The notes beneath the pieces were generated by a model. The model was not told where the DNA came from and did no database searches. It was given only the letters and a program-made list of their open reading frames with translations. From a virus, in the IMG/VR virus record IMGVR_UViG_3300028654_000018, positions 4,508-68,507 of that record: DNA of 64,000 bases; one strand, 5' to 3'. Shown here in pieces: positions 1-10,167 of the stretch (position 1 is its first letter; the number at the start of each line of letters is the position of its first letter). Position numbers and translations under genes: made by a program.

Positions 1-468
1 TTGAATCATCTTCATCAACTTTGCATTGACATTGAAGCGACGAATTGGATTTTCCGGAGTTACATCATCTTTCACGCCATTGTTACGAACGAAACCATGA
101 AGAATAAATGACTTCTTTTTGTAATAGACCCGAGCAGTATCTTCGTCGGTCTTCCAAAGAGGCTTGATTTCTTCCTGAATTGGACATTTTTCGCCGTACA
201 TTTGCATACATGGCACATTAACGATTGTTTGATTTGTATTCTTACCACGAATTCCAGCGAATGGTAGCTTAATCATTAGCTTTTCTACCCAGAAGAAACC
301 ATCACCTGATTCGGCGCCGTTTGGCAAGAAGCGAATAGTCGAGCTTCCACCGTCTGCTAAATCCCAAAAAGGATAATTGGCGCCGTCTTGTGTTTTCTTT
401 CCTGAGAATGTGGCCTTCTCTTGTTGTGCATGGATCTTAGCGCGGAGTTCGGATAATTTATTTGACAT
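1..468 (-). CDS. Single-stranded DNA-binding protein, T4 gp32-like (5' part; runs off window start)
   Basis: Not in ORF track. Hand translation from ATG at 468: MSNKLSELRAKIHAQQEK...NYPFW...STIRFLP...FFWVEK...VPCMQMYGEKCPI; the IRFLP and C-x6-CP pattern match gp32-type SSBs. Confidence 0.8.
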   Translation of the reverse strand, partial: MSNKLSELRAKIHAQQEKATFSGKKTQDGANYPFWDLADGGSSTIRFLPNGAESGDGFFWVEKLMIKLPFAGIRGKNTNQTIVNVPCMQMYGEKCPIQEEIKPLWKTDEDTARVYYKKKSFILHGFVRNNGVKDDVTPENPIRRFNVNAKLMKMIQ

Positions 469-618
469 GGGTTTTCCCTTTTTCTATTGAGTTAATTTAA
501 GAATGTTTTATAGAACATACAAACTATAATATTGAGACTATAATACTTCTCAGATAGCATAGTCAAATTTATTTAATGCGGATATTTGAATGGTTATGAA
601 ACTATTTTAGGTAAGAAA

Positions 619-996
619 TTATCTTAATAATTCTGCGATTTGCGCGGATAGTTTTTCATCTCTAGGAGCATCTGGTAAATCAGCATCTGTTAATGCTCGA
701 ATGTTTGTAATAGATACACCTTCATTATTTTTAAAACGATCAATAACATCTTCTGCTGAACCTTTTCCATCGGCATCTATAAGATCGCCACCACTAAGAT
801 GTAATGCAGCATGATGAGCAATATTTCTATTACATAGAACAATAATATCTCCGCCAAACTTGATTTGCAATGCTCTAGCAAAAATAACGCAACCACCGTC
901 AAATGGCCCAATACTATAAGCATCATTCAGCAATTTATAAATTTTATTTGAATTTGGTCCGAGGAAACTTTCATTTAAGAGTTCTGAGATTTTCAT
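619..996 (-). CDS. Hypothetical protein with MKISELLNE leader (putative head-packaged protein)
   Basis: ORF track; N-terminal motif shared with several ORFs here; GGC...H...DADG could be a papain/transglutaminase-like triad (weak). Confidence 0.6.
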   Translation of the reverse strand: MKISELLNESFLGPNSNKIYKLLNDAYSIGPFDGGCVIFARALQIKFGGDIIVLCNRNIAHHAALHLSGGDLIDADGKGSAEDVIDRFKNNEGVSITNIRALTDADLPDAPRDEKLSAQIAELLR

Positions 997-1347
997 TTAA
1001 ACATCCTGTAAAACAGAAATATACTGTGTGGGGATAGTTTTATCAGTGATATATTCCCAAGCTGCGTGTGGATGTTGATGTATCCCTGTAAATGTGCTAG
1101 GCACTATGATTTTTAAAATAGCAAGAAGATCATCTTCAAATTCATCTTCCATCCAGTTCATAATTGCTTCTTCTACATCATCGAGCGTTTTAAACAAATA
1201 TATATTTTCTTTTATCTCTCCCAACTTCGATGATCTTCTACCAATTCCTGGAACAAGACCGTCTCTCAGGATGTAGGGAATATTCTTCTTTGGAGTTACG
1301 TGATAATAAACTTGCTCGTGATTTTCTAGTAGGTCCGAAATCTTCAT
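997..1347 (-). CDS. ADP-ribosyltransferase/RNA 2'-phosphotransferase-fold protein with MKISDLLE leader
   Basis: YYHVT-x3-NI-x2-IL-x2-GL-x-P, IYLF and WEY motifs typical of ART-fold phage proteins. Confidence 0.55.
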   Translation of the reverse strand: MKISDLLENHEQVYYHVTPKKNIPYILRDGLVPGIGRRSSKLGEIKENIYLFKTLDDVEEAIMNWMEDEFEDDLLAILKIIVPSTFTGIHQHPHAAWEYITDKTIPTQYISVLQDV

Positions 1348-1352
1348 AACAG

Positions 1353-3716
1353 TTATCTCGGCAAGAATTTTCTAGATTTCGTATAAAGTACCGATCCACG
1401 TGCCAATGATTCTGCAAAATCTTGATAGCTCTCACCCAACTTTTCGCTATAAAATGTCTTGGCAAATACCACGTTTGGTTCCGAAAGATTTAATGCTTCT
1501 GCGAGTGTGCTTGCGCGTGAAGTATTAAGTTCTTTCATAAAATCTGACAAACCTTCTAAAATACTGTTAAATGAAGTATGTAGTTTTACATTAGATTCAT
1601 CTTCAGAGATTGGATACTTCTTTTTAAGACCACGAATCTTTTTGATATCTTCTGAAAGGGTAAGAATTTTGTTAGATGTATCGTCGAATAATGACCCACC
1701 GGAATTAACATGGTTCGCAATAGCTCTGGCGCACATAAGGCTCTTTGTTTCGATTAGTCTACGTTCTCCATTTAAACTTTCGACATATAATGACTTAACA
1801 TTACGTGAACGTGCGCCATGTCCTTCATCAACTACTTTCTTAGAGTGACGAATGATTACGCGAGCATTTTTTGCCTTCGGATTTACATGATATGAAGAGC
1901 GCGATGTACCGTATCTTTGATATTTTGCGGCTTCTGTAATTGATTTAGAATCCTGTTCCCATTGAAATGCTTTGCCTAGTAGCATATCTTCATTTCCTAG
2001 GCGTCTCCATCTAGATATACCCATGCCGCGATTTAAATTTTCTACTTCTATATCGCCGTCTCTTGACCGAATATCTATTTCTTCGCGTGAGTATGGATAT
2101 TCTGCCGGTCTAGTATATTTTTCGGCAAAACGATAGAGCAAATCTTGTTCATCTTCTGGCAATGTACTACCAGGAATTTTTTTAAGTGCAACCGTATTCT
2201 CATCAATGGACTCCGCATAATCACCAGATGTAACACGATCAGAAATATCTCCACATGCAACCCACAATAGACGAACTTTATTCATATTTTCATCTAGTAG
2301 TTCTACCGCATCCCAAGCGCCGTATTCTTTTAATTCCTGTGCAATTGTTTCAGGATTTAATTTTGATATCTGCTCATTAATATATGGCTTTTTAAGAAGA
2401 GCAGCAATCTCATCGTAACAATCACCTGCATGATGTACACTTTCGGCATCACTAAGTCTAATTTGCATTTCGATGCGTCCCGAACTTGTCGAAAACCATT
2501 TTAAATCATTTTCTGGCTTACCTTTGAACGGAACTACATCTTCTTTCAAATCATCTTCTACTTTTTTGTTACGACGAGTTTTCTTTTTCATTAATTTACT
2601 GTCTTCTTCGGGTTCATGTGACTTATATGGACGTTCCCATTGTAGTTTGTAATTGATACTTCCTGGATTTTCAGTAGCAGAAACATTTGCTAAAGTTTTT
2701 GGTTTAACTTTGTGTGACGGAAATGGAACAACATCTTCCATAACAGTTTCATATTGTGATACATAATGATCGAAGATTTCATCAGATGCATTCTCTAATT
2801 GTGCTAGTTCATGATCCATCATTGTTGCATCATCGCCTTGAAGAAATACATTTTTTCCAGTATGTTTATTTTGAAGAACAATACCAAATCTAACGTTGGC
2901 TGCAACATAATTTTCTGTTTCTCTGATTGTATTTTTGTACCAAGGTTGTGTAACTACGGGATCGTGCCCTTCTGATTTATCGCTGGCATCTTCGACCATA
3001 TCATTAATCCAACCGTAATCTTTATTAAATGTATCTCGATTAACAAGGGCTACATTCGGATGAGCATGTTTAAAATGTTCTGCTGATTTTTTATCAGAGA
3101 ATTTTTTGACTAGTTCGCCAGTTTCTGGATTGACTGCGAATAAAGCCGAGTCAAACATAGGACTTTCATTTACGTCAGTTCCCTGTGCTAATTCTATAGA
3201 ATGAATTTTTGAATATGGATATTTTTTAATCACTCTCTTTCTTGCGCCCGCTTCAGAATCAGCATCGATTAAGCGACTTGTTTGTTTTGCATCGGGTCTG
3301 TGACCGCCGCTAATCCAAACTATGTATTTGTTTTTATAGCTTTCATTCATAGAGCTAATTTCCATCTCTTGTTTAGCTTTAGGAAGATATGCTAGGTCTT
3401 TTGGCTCGATATTTTTGCCGAATTCACGAATAGTTACTGTGCTACCATATGAAATAGTGATACTTTTGATAGTTTTGAGAAGTTTTTCTAGCTTATCGTC
3501 GATCCCTTCAGACTTATAGACTACGACTTGTGAATATTCATTGGATTCATTTTCCGGCAATCTAAGCATAACGGAATCTTGTGATGCTTTGTCTTTAGCA
3601 TAGATATAAGCAGCCAATTCAGGATTAGCGATAGGACCGTTACCATCTTCGGTATAGAGTTCGATCAAATAACCGAATCCTTTTAATGAATTAAAGAGTT
3701 CTGTGCCGAGTTTCAT
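1353..3716 (-). CDS. Large hypothetical, probably virion/head-associated protein (787 aa)
   Basis: Long ORF downstream of terminase; upstream TAAATA late-promoter motif; modular acidic middle region. Confidence 0.6.
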   Translation of the reverse strand: MKLGTELFNSLKGFGYLIELYTEDGNGPIANPELAAYIYAKDKASQDSVMLRLPENESNEYSQVVVYKSEGIDDKLEKLLKTIKSITISYGSTVTIREFGKNIEPKDLAYLPKAKQEMEISSMNESYKNKYIVWISGGHRPDAKQTSRLIDADSEAGARKRVIKKYPYSKIHSIELAQGTDVNESPMFDSALFAVNPETGELVKKFSDKKSAEHFKHAHPNVALVNRDTFNKDYGWINDMVEDASDKSEGHDPVVTQPWYKNTIRETENYVAANVRFGIVLQNKHTGKNVFLQGDDATMMDHELAQLENASDEIFDHYVSQYETVMEDVVPFPSHKVKPKTLANVSATENPGSINYKLQWERPYKSHEPEEDSKLMKKKTRRNKKVEDDLKEDVVPFKGKPENDLKWFSTSSGRIEMQIRLSDAESVHHAGDCYDEIAALLKKPYINEQISKLNPETIAQELKEYGAWDAVELLDENMNKVRLLWVACGDISDRVTSGDYAESIDENTVALKKIPGSTLPEDEQDLLYRFAEKYTRPAEYPYSREEIDIRSRDGDIEVENLNRGMGISRWRRLGNEDMLLGKAFQWEQDSKSITEAAKYQRYGTSRSSYHVNPKAKNARVIIRHSKKVVDEGHGARSRNVKSLYVESLNGERRLIETKSLMCARAIANHVNSGGSLFDDTSNKILTLSEDIKKIRGLKKKYPISEDESNVKLHTSFNSILEGLSDFMKELNTSRASTLAEALNLSEPNVVFAKTFYSEKLGESYQDFAESLARGSVLYTKSRKFLPR

Positions 3717-3754
3717 TAGATAATCCTATTAAGCATTGTGTTATATTCTATTTA

Positions 3755-5341
3755 TTAAGATATGAAAATCATAGGCATTGGGGGTTCATCATCATCCTCA
3801 TCCAGTGTTTCTCTGAGAACATCCGGGTCAAATCCGCCCCACTCCTTGCAAATTTCAGCAATTCGTAGTGCTATGATAGTCGCCATAACCAAGTCATCTT
3901 TAACGCCAGGTTTACCGGCGAATCCGACGCCGGACGCGACGAAATTTTTAAGCTGATATATCAAACCCGGCGAGTTAATAAGCATTCTATCGGTATCGAT
4001 AAATGTTTTCATCTTTAAACATGCCGTGACTTTATTTCGATTGGTTGTATTAAGTCCTCTACGGAACTTTTTGATATGACCCATGCGAATTGGCTCATTT
4101 ATGAGAGTTCCGGGGAAATATTCTTCGCCAATTTCTAAAATGAGCGATATAATAGCTTCTCCCACGCCGTTATTTTCAAACGACCAAAAAATATTCGGCT
4201 CAACATCCGAATCGTCGGTTCTACTAACATTAGACATTTTTTGTCTGATGAACTTTAAGATATTTTGTAAAGTGCGAATCTGTTCTCTCGGCGGAGAATT
4301 ATTAGACATATACTCGCCCACCTGAATCATTGACGGCATCTCAAATATTTGTATAGTAGAAAAATCTTTGCCAGAACCAGAAGATGGATCCAAAGAAACG
4401 ATATATGTTTTAGCGGGATCAATGTCTTTATAAAAACGAACAGTTCCTAATGTGAATACTGGCTGTGCGGATTTGAGGCGATTGAGAGCATACGGACTTA
4501 TTAAAGAATCTTCGAGACCGATGAATTCGCAGCAGTGTTCGCGTAGGAATTTTTCTTCTCCAAGTTTTGCTCGCTCTGCTGCTGCCCATTCTTCGTCACG
4601 ATCTGGATGATCGGACCATATTGCTTTGAATGCTTTATAACCATTGCTGCCAATTTCTCGTTCATTTCCATTCGCATCGATTGTGTCTATTGCTCCTAGC
4701 CATATCTGTGCAAATATATCAGTATCAACATTTGGCGTTGATGATATAATAGCTTTACCACCAGTTGATAATACTGGTTGAATAGAAGTATAAAATGCTT
4801 CTGCCATAGTTTCTCTAACAAATGCGGCTTCATCCCAATATAATAATGATATAGAGAGACCACGACCAGCATCAGGGGTAGTTGCTCTACAAACAATTCG
4901 GGAGCCATTAGAAAAAACAATGGAAGTTTTGTTAAATTCGGTAGCGGAATCTCGAATAGTGTCCGGCAATTCCTGATATGAGTATCTAATACGATCCATA
5001 ATTTCTATAGCTTGCTTTAATTTATTTGCAACTATCAAAATTGTCTTGTCGCTATGAAATGTAGCAAACCATAAAATGTACGCCGCAACAGTCTGAGTTT
5101 TTCCGGCTTGACGCCCAAGTAGTAGCGCGTTATCTTTAAATGTTTGAATATTATTTACCATAGTTCGCTGATAATCATAAAGAATAAATGGAACTGATCC
5201 CTTAATGGGATGCTGTACTTTAACAAAGTTCTCAATAAAGAAGATTGGATCCGTGGCGCATTTCGCCAATTCGGTTATCTCTTTTTTGGAGTATTTTGTT
5301 TTAGTACCAGGACGTTTAAAGGGAACGTATGTATCAGACAT
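3755..5341 (-). CDS. terL: Terminase large subunit (T4 gp17-like)
   Basis: LYDYQ adenine-binding motif, GRQAGKT Walker A, LLYWDEAAF Walker B, SSTPN coupling motif, nuclease SLDPS...DFS and DDLVMA; start reassigned to MSDTY. Confidence 0.95.
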   Translation of the reverse strand: MSDTYVPFKRPGTKTKYSKKEITELAKCATDPIFFIENFVKVQHPIKGSVPFILYDYQRTMVNNIQTFKDNALLLGRQAGKTQTVAAYILWFATFHSDKTILIVANKLKQAIEIMDRIRYSYQELPDTIRDSATEFNKTSIVFSNGSRIVCRATTPDAGRGLSISLLYWDEAAFVRETMAEAFYTSIQPVLSTGGKAIISSTPNVDTDIFAQIWLGAIDTIDANGNEREIGSNGYKAFKAIWSDHPDRDEEWAAAERAKLGEEKFLREHCCEFIGLEDSLISPYALNRLKSAQPVFTLGTVRFYKDIDPAKTYIVSLDPSSGSGKDFSTIQIFEMPSMIQVGEYMSNNSPPREQIRTLQNILKFIRQKMSNVSRTDDSDVEPNIFWSFENNGVGEAIISLILEIGEEYFPGTLINEPIRMGHIKKFRRGLNTTNRNKVTACLKMKTFIDTDRMLINSPGLIYQLKNFVASGVGFAGKPGVKDDLVMATIIALRIAEICKEWGGFDPDVLRETLDEDDDEPPMPMIFIS

Positions 5342-5343
5342 TT

Positions 5344-6372
5344 TTATTTTCCTCTTAAAAAATCTATACATGTGTTTATAGTTTTTTCTCTAGATTTACA
5401 AAAATCATTTTCCCAAACTATGAGAACTCGATGTCCAACATTTTCCAATGCTTCTATTCGTTGTCTGTCTTCTTCCCATATTTCAGCAACAGAGATCGAT
5501 GATTTGTTGTTAGTTACACGATCACTAGCAGAATATTTTTTTGGATTTCCATGCCAATAATCTCCGAAAAATTCGATGACTGCCTTATTATCGGCATAGT
5601 AACAATCTACCCAGATTTTTTTATTAATCGTTTGGATGCCTTCTTCATTAGTACCATATAATAAATCTAAGGATGTCTGTAATTTTAATTCCTCAAAAAG
5701 CTCTTGCGAAATTTTTGAATATCCCGCTTTCATTCCACTAGCCGATAAAGATTTTTTCCATTTATCTTGTCGTTTTTGCCATCTTTTTGTTCCCTCTTCT
5801 ATTCCATGCTTTTCAATACATTTTTCTAAAGAAAATGTTGCTTGCCTATCATGCAATGCAATAGCTGCCCCTTCTTCAGTATATCCTCTACTCGTAAAAT
5901 ATTCAATGCTCGTTGATCGACCATTATTATCTAATGCAGCAACTGCTATTTTTTGTATATCTTCGATTTTTTTATCTTTTTCATCTTCACTTAACTTGGC
6001 ATATTTTACAAAATTTCTGCTAAATGGCGATAATTTGCCACCATGACCAATGGCCGGGTTTTTATCTCCCTTGAGAACATCGCACAGGCGTTGACATTTT
6101 CCGGTTCTCATACTATTCTTCACTAAAAACTCGTTGATTGTATTGTATCCATGATTTTGCGCATGTGCGAGTGTTATTTCGCCAACTTTTCGTTTACATT
6201 CGGGGCACACTACATAATCATATCCTTCTAGTTTATCGGCATATTTCTGTTCTATTTCTAGAATGCCTTGTTTATACCAATACTCATCGCCGCATTCATT
6301 AGAGCAGTATTTTTGCCTACCAGAACGATATACTTCCCCACAATTCTTACAATTTTTCTCTATATATGTCAT
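5344..6372 (-). CDS. Putative homing endonuclease (Zn-finger N-terminus, Vsr/DUF559-like PD-(D/E)XK C-terminus)
   Basis: CxxC clusters; WVD...VIEFFGDYWHGNP...VLIVWEND nuclease motif; free-standing beside terL; start reassigned to MTYIEK, 5 nt after TAAATA. Confidence 0.7.
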   Translation of the reverse strand: MTYIEKNCKNCGEVYRSGRQKYCSNECGDEYWYKQGILEIEQKYADKLEGYDYVVCPECKRKVGEITLAHAQNHGYNTINEFLVKNSMRTGKCQRLCDVLKGDKNPAIGHGGKLSPFSRNFVKYAKLSEDEKDKKIEDIQKIAVAALDNNGRSTSIEYFTSRGYTEEGAAIALHDRQATFSLEKCIEKHGIEEGTKRWQKRQDKWKKSLSASGMKAGYSKISQELFEELKLQTSLDLLYGTNEEGIQTINKKIWVDCYYADNKAVIEFFGDYWHGNPKKYSASDRVTNNKSSISVAEIWEEDRQRIEALENVGHRVLIVWENDFCKSREKTINTCIDFLRGK

Positions 6373-6481
6373 ACTTGTATTTATCTCGCAAATTCTCACT
6401 ATAACTATTTCAACTGCTTGAAACCGTTAATCTATTTTTCGTAATAATATGTTTAAATACTAACAGTCAATGGAGTTTACG

Positions 6482-6955
6482 ATGAAGTTATCAGAATTAT
6501 TCAATGAGGGTGAAGTTATACCGTTTAAAGGTAAAGATAAACCTAAGTCATTGAATTGGTCAGATGAGTTTAAAAAACATCTCAATTCAAAACAAAATAT
6601 GCCGCCGCCAGATCCGCATAGTGTTGCTCTAGGCTCATTAACTGGTATGGCTTTTGCTGACACCAACAACGACGGTATGGGAGACATTAATTGGGATGAA
6701 GTTCTGAAAGATGACCCCGATTGCAAGCCAAACTCACCCACGAGAATGTCACAAGATGAAATAGACGATCTTATGTATGACTATAGAAATTTGAGTGTAG
6801 GCAGTCAACTTTTGTATAATAATAGACTAGCACAGATTATTAAGACACCCGACGCAGATCGTTATGTCATTAAATTTGACGATACTGGCGAAAAGAAAAT
6901 AATAGGTCGTAAAGACGGAAATATTAAACTAATTCCAGAAGATCATCTTAACTAA
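6482..6955 (+). CDS. Hypothetical protein with MKLSELFNE leader
   Basis: GGAG SD at ~6472 and TAAATA at 6454-6459. Confidence 0.65.
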   Translation: MKLSELFNEGEVIPFKGKDKPKSLNWSDEFKKHLNSKQNMPPPDPHSVALGSLTGMAFADTNNDGMGDINWDEVLKDDPDCKPNSPTRMSQDEIDDLMYDYRNLSVGSQLLYNNRLAQIIKTPDADRYVIKFDDTGEKKIIGRKDGNIKLIPEDHLN

Positions 6956-7193
6956 AATTTCCGCCGTCTGTTGCTTCTTGACTCAAATCTTTCAGTTCTA
7001 ACAATAAAGTTTTCAAAAGATTTTTCAATTCTGTTTGATCGTCGATTTTTGATGACACCGATGCCATAAGGTTATGTATATCGTGAACCGTAGCATTCAA
7101 TTCCTCGATAGTAAATCTTACGTCTTTCGAATTGTTGGTCTGAGCAAGGCGATGCTTGTCTAAAAACAAACTTAAATTTGGATAGTCTAACAT
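6948..7193 (-). CDS. Hypothetical protein
   Basis: ORF track; GGAG SD. Confidence 0.6.
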   Translation of the reverse strand: MLDYPNLSLFLDKHRLAQTNNSKDVRFTIEELNATVHDIHNLMASVSSKIDDQTELKNLLKTLLLELKDLSQEATDGGNFS

Positions 7194-7489
7194 AATATCT
7201 CCTTAAAATAATTTACATGCAAAATATATCATGACCAATAATATAAGTGTTACTAATGGCCAGTTGGGTCGATCTTGTTCACGTGAATCGAGTGTTGTAA
7301 CCGTACTTATAACAAAAAATATCCAACATAAAACTAAAAGAACAGCTTTAACATATTCAATCACTTTAATCCCAATACAATAGCTACAATCATCAAAATA
7401 ATTCCGATGCATACAATAACTATGCCGAAGAGTCTAGCTCCCCAACCGATATCATATTTGTCATAACCTTCTGGATCAAATAGATACAT

Positions 7490-8254
7490 TTAAAAAGCCC
7501 CGAAACTATCTTCATCTACAATATGCCAATTACTATTATGACTTTTTAGCAAGTAATAAAAATTTGGAAAATGTGCCGCACCATAATTGATATAAATCTT
7601 GTCGGCATGACTATTAACAATTGCATCATATAGAACTTTATTGCGATTTACAAGAATTACTTGATCTGCCGGAGAATATGAATCGGTTAGTTCAGCAAAC
7701 TCGACTTTAAGATGCCCTACTCTTGCTGCGACACGCGACAATGGAACGCCAATAGCAGCATACAGCCTATGATGCTTTTTAATGTTATTAATAAGATTTG
7801 TTAACTCTTCTTTAGACATCGGAGTTTGTTTTTTAACGACTATACCATGTGTTGCATACTGTGCTAAAATCCAATCGACATCAACATCTGCATCTGCGCT
7901 GTTTGGAATAGATCGAACGAATGAAAAATATTGATTGCTCGACTGACTTGTTAATCCGAGCATGTAACTTGAAATATCGTATGACGGAATGTCCGCTTCA
8001 TTATGTGAATTGTCTACTTTACCTGCTCTAATACCCTCGTACAAAAAAGTATATCCATTATCAGCATATGATTTAGCATCGGTTTCGACACTTTTGTAAA
8101 AATCTGGACGTGCTATATGAATCATAGACTGAAAAACGATTGTATGCTCTCCATCCGAAAGAGTATATTTTGTCATAGGTAATGGCATGAACAAAGCATA
8201 AAAAAATGTTACGATAAATGCCGCTGCGATTGATTCTCTAATTAATTTTCCCAC
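7490..8254 (-). CDS. Membrane-anchored TraB/TIKI-like hypothetical protein
   Basis: N-terminal hydrophobic helix; MIHIA, LYEGI, RN and YGAAHF motifs. Confidence 0.45.
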   Translation of the reverse strand: MGKLIRESIAAAFIVTFFYALFMPLPMTKYTLSDGEHTIVFQSMIHIARPDFYKSVETDAKSYADNGYTFLYEGIRAGKVDNSHNEADIPSYDISSYMLGLTSQSSNQYFSFVRSIPNSADADVDVDWILAQYATHGIVVKKQTPMSKEELTNLINNIKKHHRLYAAIGVPLSRVAARVGHLKVEFAELTDSYSPADQVILVNRNKVLYDAIVNSHADKIYINYGAAHFPNFYYLLKSHNSNWHIVDEDSFGAF

Positions 8255-8256
8255 GG

Positions 8257-8742
8257 TTAATCCTCTTTATGTTCTGTTAAAATTTCTTCTGATGCTTTAC
8301 GCTTGATTAATTGATTTAAAGAAACATTTGCGGAAAATTTATCTAAGAATGGTCCTTGGCATTGTTCATCGAGCGTTGAAACTTTTGGCGATAAACCCAC
8401 TCTGTACGCGCCATTATAATGAATGACCCAAAATCCGGCGGCGAATACAACTTTAGATCCTTCTTTAGAAGAATATGTTGGATATGGATTTTCTGATATA
8501 TCAAATTGGGTATCATGCTTGACGGGATAGTTGAAAAGCTTATTCGAGCCTTCTTCTTTTTCGATGACTTTTTCGGTTAAGTTTTCTGCGAATTCAGTTG
8601 CAATTTCTTGTAGACTTTCATATGTTCGATCTGATTTGTGACTCGAAATAAATGAGTTGTCTCGTTTCCAGACTAAGGCAACATGATGACCTAATTGAGA
8701 TGTAAGAAGATATGTATTATTTGTGAGTTTTTTAGAGATCAT
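8257..8742 (-). CDS. Hypothetical protein
   Basis: ORF track. Confidence 0.6.
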   Translation of the reverse strand: MISKKLTNNTYLLTSQLGHHVALVWKRDNSFISSHKSDRTYESLQEIATEFAENLTEKVIEKEEGSNKLFNYPVKHDTQFDISENPYPTYSSKEGSKVVFAAGFWVIHYNGAYRVGLSPKVSTLDEQCQGPFLDKFSANVSLNQLIKRKASEEILTEHKED

Positions 8743-8781
8743 CTAATGATAGTAGCAATTTATTCTACTAGAAGTCAATTT

Positions 8782-8815
8782 AAAAAACTGTAGCCGCACT
8801 GAGGCGGCCACAGTT
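8782..8815 (-). terminator. Intrinsic terminator
   Basis: Minus strand AACTGTGGCCGC-CTCAGT-GCGGCTACAGTT followed by a T run. Confidence 0.75.
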
Positions 8816-8840
8816 ATTACTGTATTACTTTATACTTGAA

Positions 8841-8924
8841 TTACATAACTCCGAGTTTCTTCAATACGACGATCCCTAGCAATACTCCGCCAACGATCAA
8901 AAGAAGTGTTCCGATGGTACCCAT
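8841..8924 (-). CDS. 27-aa hydrophobic peptide MGTIGTLLLIVGGVLLGIVVLKKLGVM
   Basis: Below ORF-track cutoff; AAAGGAGA SD, upstream TATAAATA and downstream terminator. Confidence 0.65.
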   Translation of the reverse strand: MGTIGTLLLIVGGVLLGIVVLKKLGVM

Positions 8925-9154
8925 TATAATCTCCTTTAAAGTTAAGAGAGTGTCTATAACAACTTTACGGTCATCACTCACTCTCATATAATATTTATAT
9001 GAAATCGTAGTCTATAGCAATAAGAAAATGGAGTATGTCATTGTTTTATATACACTTTTTTATCGCAGCGCAATATATTTCTTAATATTCTTTTGATCTA
9101 TAATGGTTTGTAAATATTGCATTGCAACTATACTGCGGAACTATTTGAGGTATA

Positions 9155-10129
9155 TTAGTCTGGAAGTATTCGTTTTGACAAAATATCTACGATCTCTTTT
9201 GAATTTTCTGCCAAGGAATTTAGCTCATATTTTCCACATAGCTTGAGCAAACTGAAACCAATATTTTTCACGCTCTTATTTTCTTGATATACCGATAGAA
9301 CAGTTTGCTCCATATATTCGCGTATAACTTGTGGCTGTGCCGTAAGATCAATAAGCGTTTTATTATGTTCAAAACGATCTTTCACTTGAATTTCCTGCTG
9401 ATTATGATCGGTCCATCTGCTCATGAAAAAATTATTCCACGCATATCCTTTTTTATCTCTGTCTTGATATGCTTCTAAAATTTTTGTCTCACGAACTCCT
9501 GGAAATGCCGAAAATACATTGTCCGACGTGTCTCCGCGAATTATTTTTTTAAACAAAGAATATTCTGGATTGACCACCAACGGTTGCTTTGTCTTCTTAT
9601 TGATAACAGGTTTTCCTTTTTCATCTGTAACATCAGATAAAGTATATGTACGCTTATTGACGCCATCATATATCGTAACATTTGCCGCTAGTAATTGATG
9701 AAAATCTGTATCACCAGAAACTAGCACGTGATTATCATCTGGATGTAATGAAATCCAAGCTTGTACTAAATCATCTGCTTCTAATTCGGGATGATGTAAA
9801 ACTGTTGCGTTCGTTTTATCTTTTATGAATACCATGAAATCACTGAATGCTGAAAAGAAAAGTGTTTCTTCTTCGCGTTGTGATTCTGTTAACTTTGCCC
9901 TAGCATCAACACGATTACGTTTATAATTTTCGTCGAATGCTTTTCGCCATGAATGACCATCTTGACAAAAAACTATGTGATCTGCGTTGTATTTTTTGGC
10001 AGCAGATTTAATCGAATTAAAAATAATGTGCAGGGACATGCCAAGTTTTGACCATGTGTCTGCGCCGGTAATATAACGTGCGCGATAGAATAAATTACTT
10101 GCGTCTATGATGAGGAAGGTTTTTGACAT
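9155..10129 (-). CDS. rnh: RNase H / 5'-3' exonuclease (T4 Rnh, FEN-like)
   Basis: LIIDASN, SWRK, YKRNR, EADD, SGDTDFHQL and GDTSDNV motifs; start MSKTFL. Confidence 0.9.
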   Translation of the reverse strand: MSKTFLIIDASNLFYRARYITGADTWSKLGMSLHIIFNSIKSAAKKYNADHIVFCQDGHSWRKAFDENYKRNRVDARAKLTESQREEETLFFSAFSDFMVFIKDKTNATVLHHPELEADDLVQAWISLHPDDNHVLVSGDTDFHQLLAANVTIYDGVNKRTYTLSDVTDEKGKPVINKKTKQPLVVNPEYSLFKKIIRGDTSDNVFSAFPGVRETKILEAYQDRDKKGYAWNNFFMSRWTDHNQQEIQVKDRFEHNKTLIDLTAQPQVIREYMEQTVLSVYQENKSVKNIGFSLLKLCGKYELNSLAENSKEIVDILSKRILPD

Positions 10130-10167
10130 GTGTTCATTATAGACGCTAGTAATGATATATACAAGTT

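Noticed and set aside
5344-6399. Intron or intein splitting terL
   Set aside because: terL is complete and continuous from 5341; the endonuclease is a separate upstream gene.
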